64,000 bases of DNA from the NCBI GenBank assembly GCA_903813345.2, contig CAIIXF020000001.1, forward strand, positions 1,426,001 through 1,490,000. The letters are read 5' to 3'. The notes below the pieces were generated by a model that saw only the letters and a program-made list of their open reading frames with translations, was not told the DNA's origin and made no database searches. The number at the start of each line of letters is the position of its first letter. Positions within the stretch are counted from its first letter, which is position 1. This DNA is from Owenia fusiformis (taxonomy: Eukaryota). Position numbers and translations under genes: made by a program. Positions 62,220 through 64,000 of the stretch are shown one piece after another.

Positions 62220-63591
62220 AATCATGTTCTTACAATATGACACAATCCGATAGAAAAAAACTTTTGTTTTCTTGTTGAGTTAGAGGCTAAAATTGACACC
62301 AGGGGTATCATGAGCGACCAGAACATTATCCACTGCAGGTTTCCAAATTGTGGAGAATGGAGGGAAATGAGTGGTATCGATATGGAGAACTGAATTCAAC
62401 AATGTTTTTCTCTTAAACCAATCATTGAAAACATTCTGTTAAAAAGCACGGTATTTTATGTAATGTTGACTGATTGACAACAATTTGATGCGAAAATTAT
62501 TTAGAAATATTTTATATAACAGTTTTTGTTAACATTTTTTGTTTTTTTTAGTGCAATTGTTTTTGCTCCTTTCTACCAATTCTTGAGAATGAAATAAAAT
62601 GTCTTTCCGAACCTTGTTGGAACAAAATAGCATATACAACATGTTTTTAGACCTCTCAATATTATAGTTATACAAAGGAATTTTTGGTTGATTTTAAAAA
62701 AGTATTCAAAAAATTAAAACAAAATCCCCCGAAAATAGATAAAAATCAAGATAAACCTTTTATTTCATTAACAAGATACTTTTTTTAAAATCAACCAAAA
62801 TTTCCTTTATACGAGAAAGATGTTTCATTTCACTCGTCAATTTATAAATGGTCATCTTTTGGATGGTAACATAATAATTTGAAATATATTCATATACTTT
62901 TCTCTATATTGTTTTAGAAAACACACGAGACACTTCTTTTGTTCTTGGTATCATATGTTCGAAATGAAATGAAACATCTATCCGAACCTCATTGGAACAA
63001 AACGACATAAACACAACGTGTTTAGGTCTCTCAATATTGTAAATGTACAAAGGAAAGTTTGGTTGATTTTAAAAAGATATCTTGTTAATGAAATAAGAGG
63101 TTAAACTTAATTTTTATCTATTTTGGGAGGTTTTGTTTTAAGTTTTTGCATACTTATTGTAAAATCAACCAAAATGTCCTGTGTATAACTATACTATTAT
63201 GAGAGGTCTTAGAAAATGTATGCTATTTTGTTCCAACAAGGTTCGGAAAGACTTTTTATTTCATTCTCAAGAATTGGTAGAAAGGAACAAAAACAATTGC
63301 ACTAAAAAACAAAAAAATGTTAACATTGATGAGTTCAGTTCATCATATCGATACCTATCCTTTGGGAATTTTCGTATTTTAAATTTTGGTCACTCATGAC
63401 ATCCCTGGTGTCAATTTTAGCCTCTGACTCCACAAGGAAAGAAACGTTTTTTAATCAAATTGTGTCATATTGTTAGGAAATGATCAAAGCTTTTTCTTAC
63501 AAAATGATAGACAATACATGGCATCTGGTTCAGCATATATCATATAATATTCATCTTTAAACGTGTGTATTGTTTTTTGGCCCACCCTGTA
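62220..63591. mobile_element. Foldback-like element, probably Tc1/mariner-derived
   Basis: 62220-62830 is largely the inverse of 62960-63485; Tc1-type end TTTTTGGCCCACCCTG-TA near 63575-63591. Confidence 0.65.
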
Positions 63592-64000
63592 AAATTGAAT
63601 AAATGTACACGGAAAATGAACTATAATTTGATGATGCGACATGATGACACCTACTACTAATTATAGGTGATGTCACTTAGTTTCATCGCACTGTAGACAC
63701 TAGTAGATATACAGTTTTATTGAAATTGAAATGATAAAAAGGACTCCTTTACCATCTCTAACATTTATGTAATTGGCAAATTATTATATTGGACGAAGCA
63801 AAAAATCAATGAAATTAGAGTATACATTGGGTTCTATTAAGCAAATTGCTTCTTACGTTTAATACTTGATGAAAATCTACCATGAATCAAGCAAATGGCA
63901 AAAGTGACTAATCAACAGAAGTTACATAATTTTAAAAGTTACGTCCCCAATCATCAAGCCAATATTTGACCAATAAGCCCAGAATAAAATATTATATGAT

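Overview
AT-rich eukaryotic DNA with spliceosomal GT-AG introns, most likely from a marine invertebrate (inferred from the repeat repertoire). Two complete spliced genes can be built by hand. One is a 6-exon clan-2 cytochrome P450 on the minus strand (44088-31583, 496 aa). The other is a divergently transcribed 7-exon 15-hydroxyprostaglandin-dehydrogenase-like SDR (49635-55896, 263 aa) that ends in the peroxisomal signal -SKL. The 3' part of a third gene, a Thr-rich stalk plus LamG/pentraxin-like domain (minus, 61579-60076), is also present, and there is a possible orphan terminal exon at 870-618. Most of the remainder is a dense stack of nested transposons, many with readable target-site duplications (TSDs). 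These include three Academ-like TAG...CTA elements plus an Academ transposase relic, and three Transib-like CAC...GTG elements with RSS-like heptamers and 5-bp TSDs in the CYP/HPGD intergenic region. There are also Helentron-type elements carrying ~135-bp satellite arrays, a family of hairpin-headed elements, Tc1/mariner, Harbinger, Kolobok, Sola and Ginger-like MITEs, four LINE fragments (one nested in another with a 13-bp TSD) and a 24-bp minisatellite. Superfamily names are inferred from termini and TSD rules, not from database searches.
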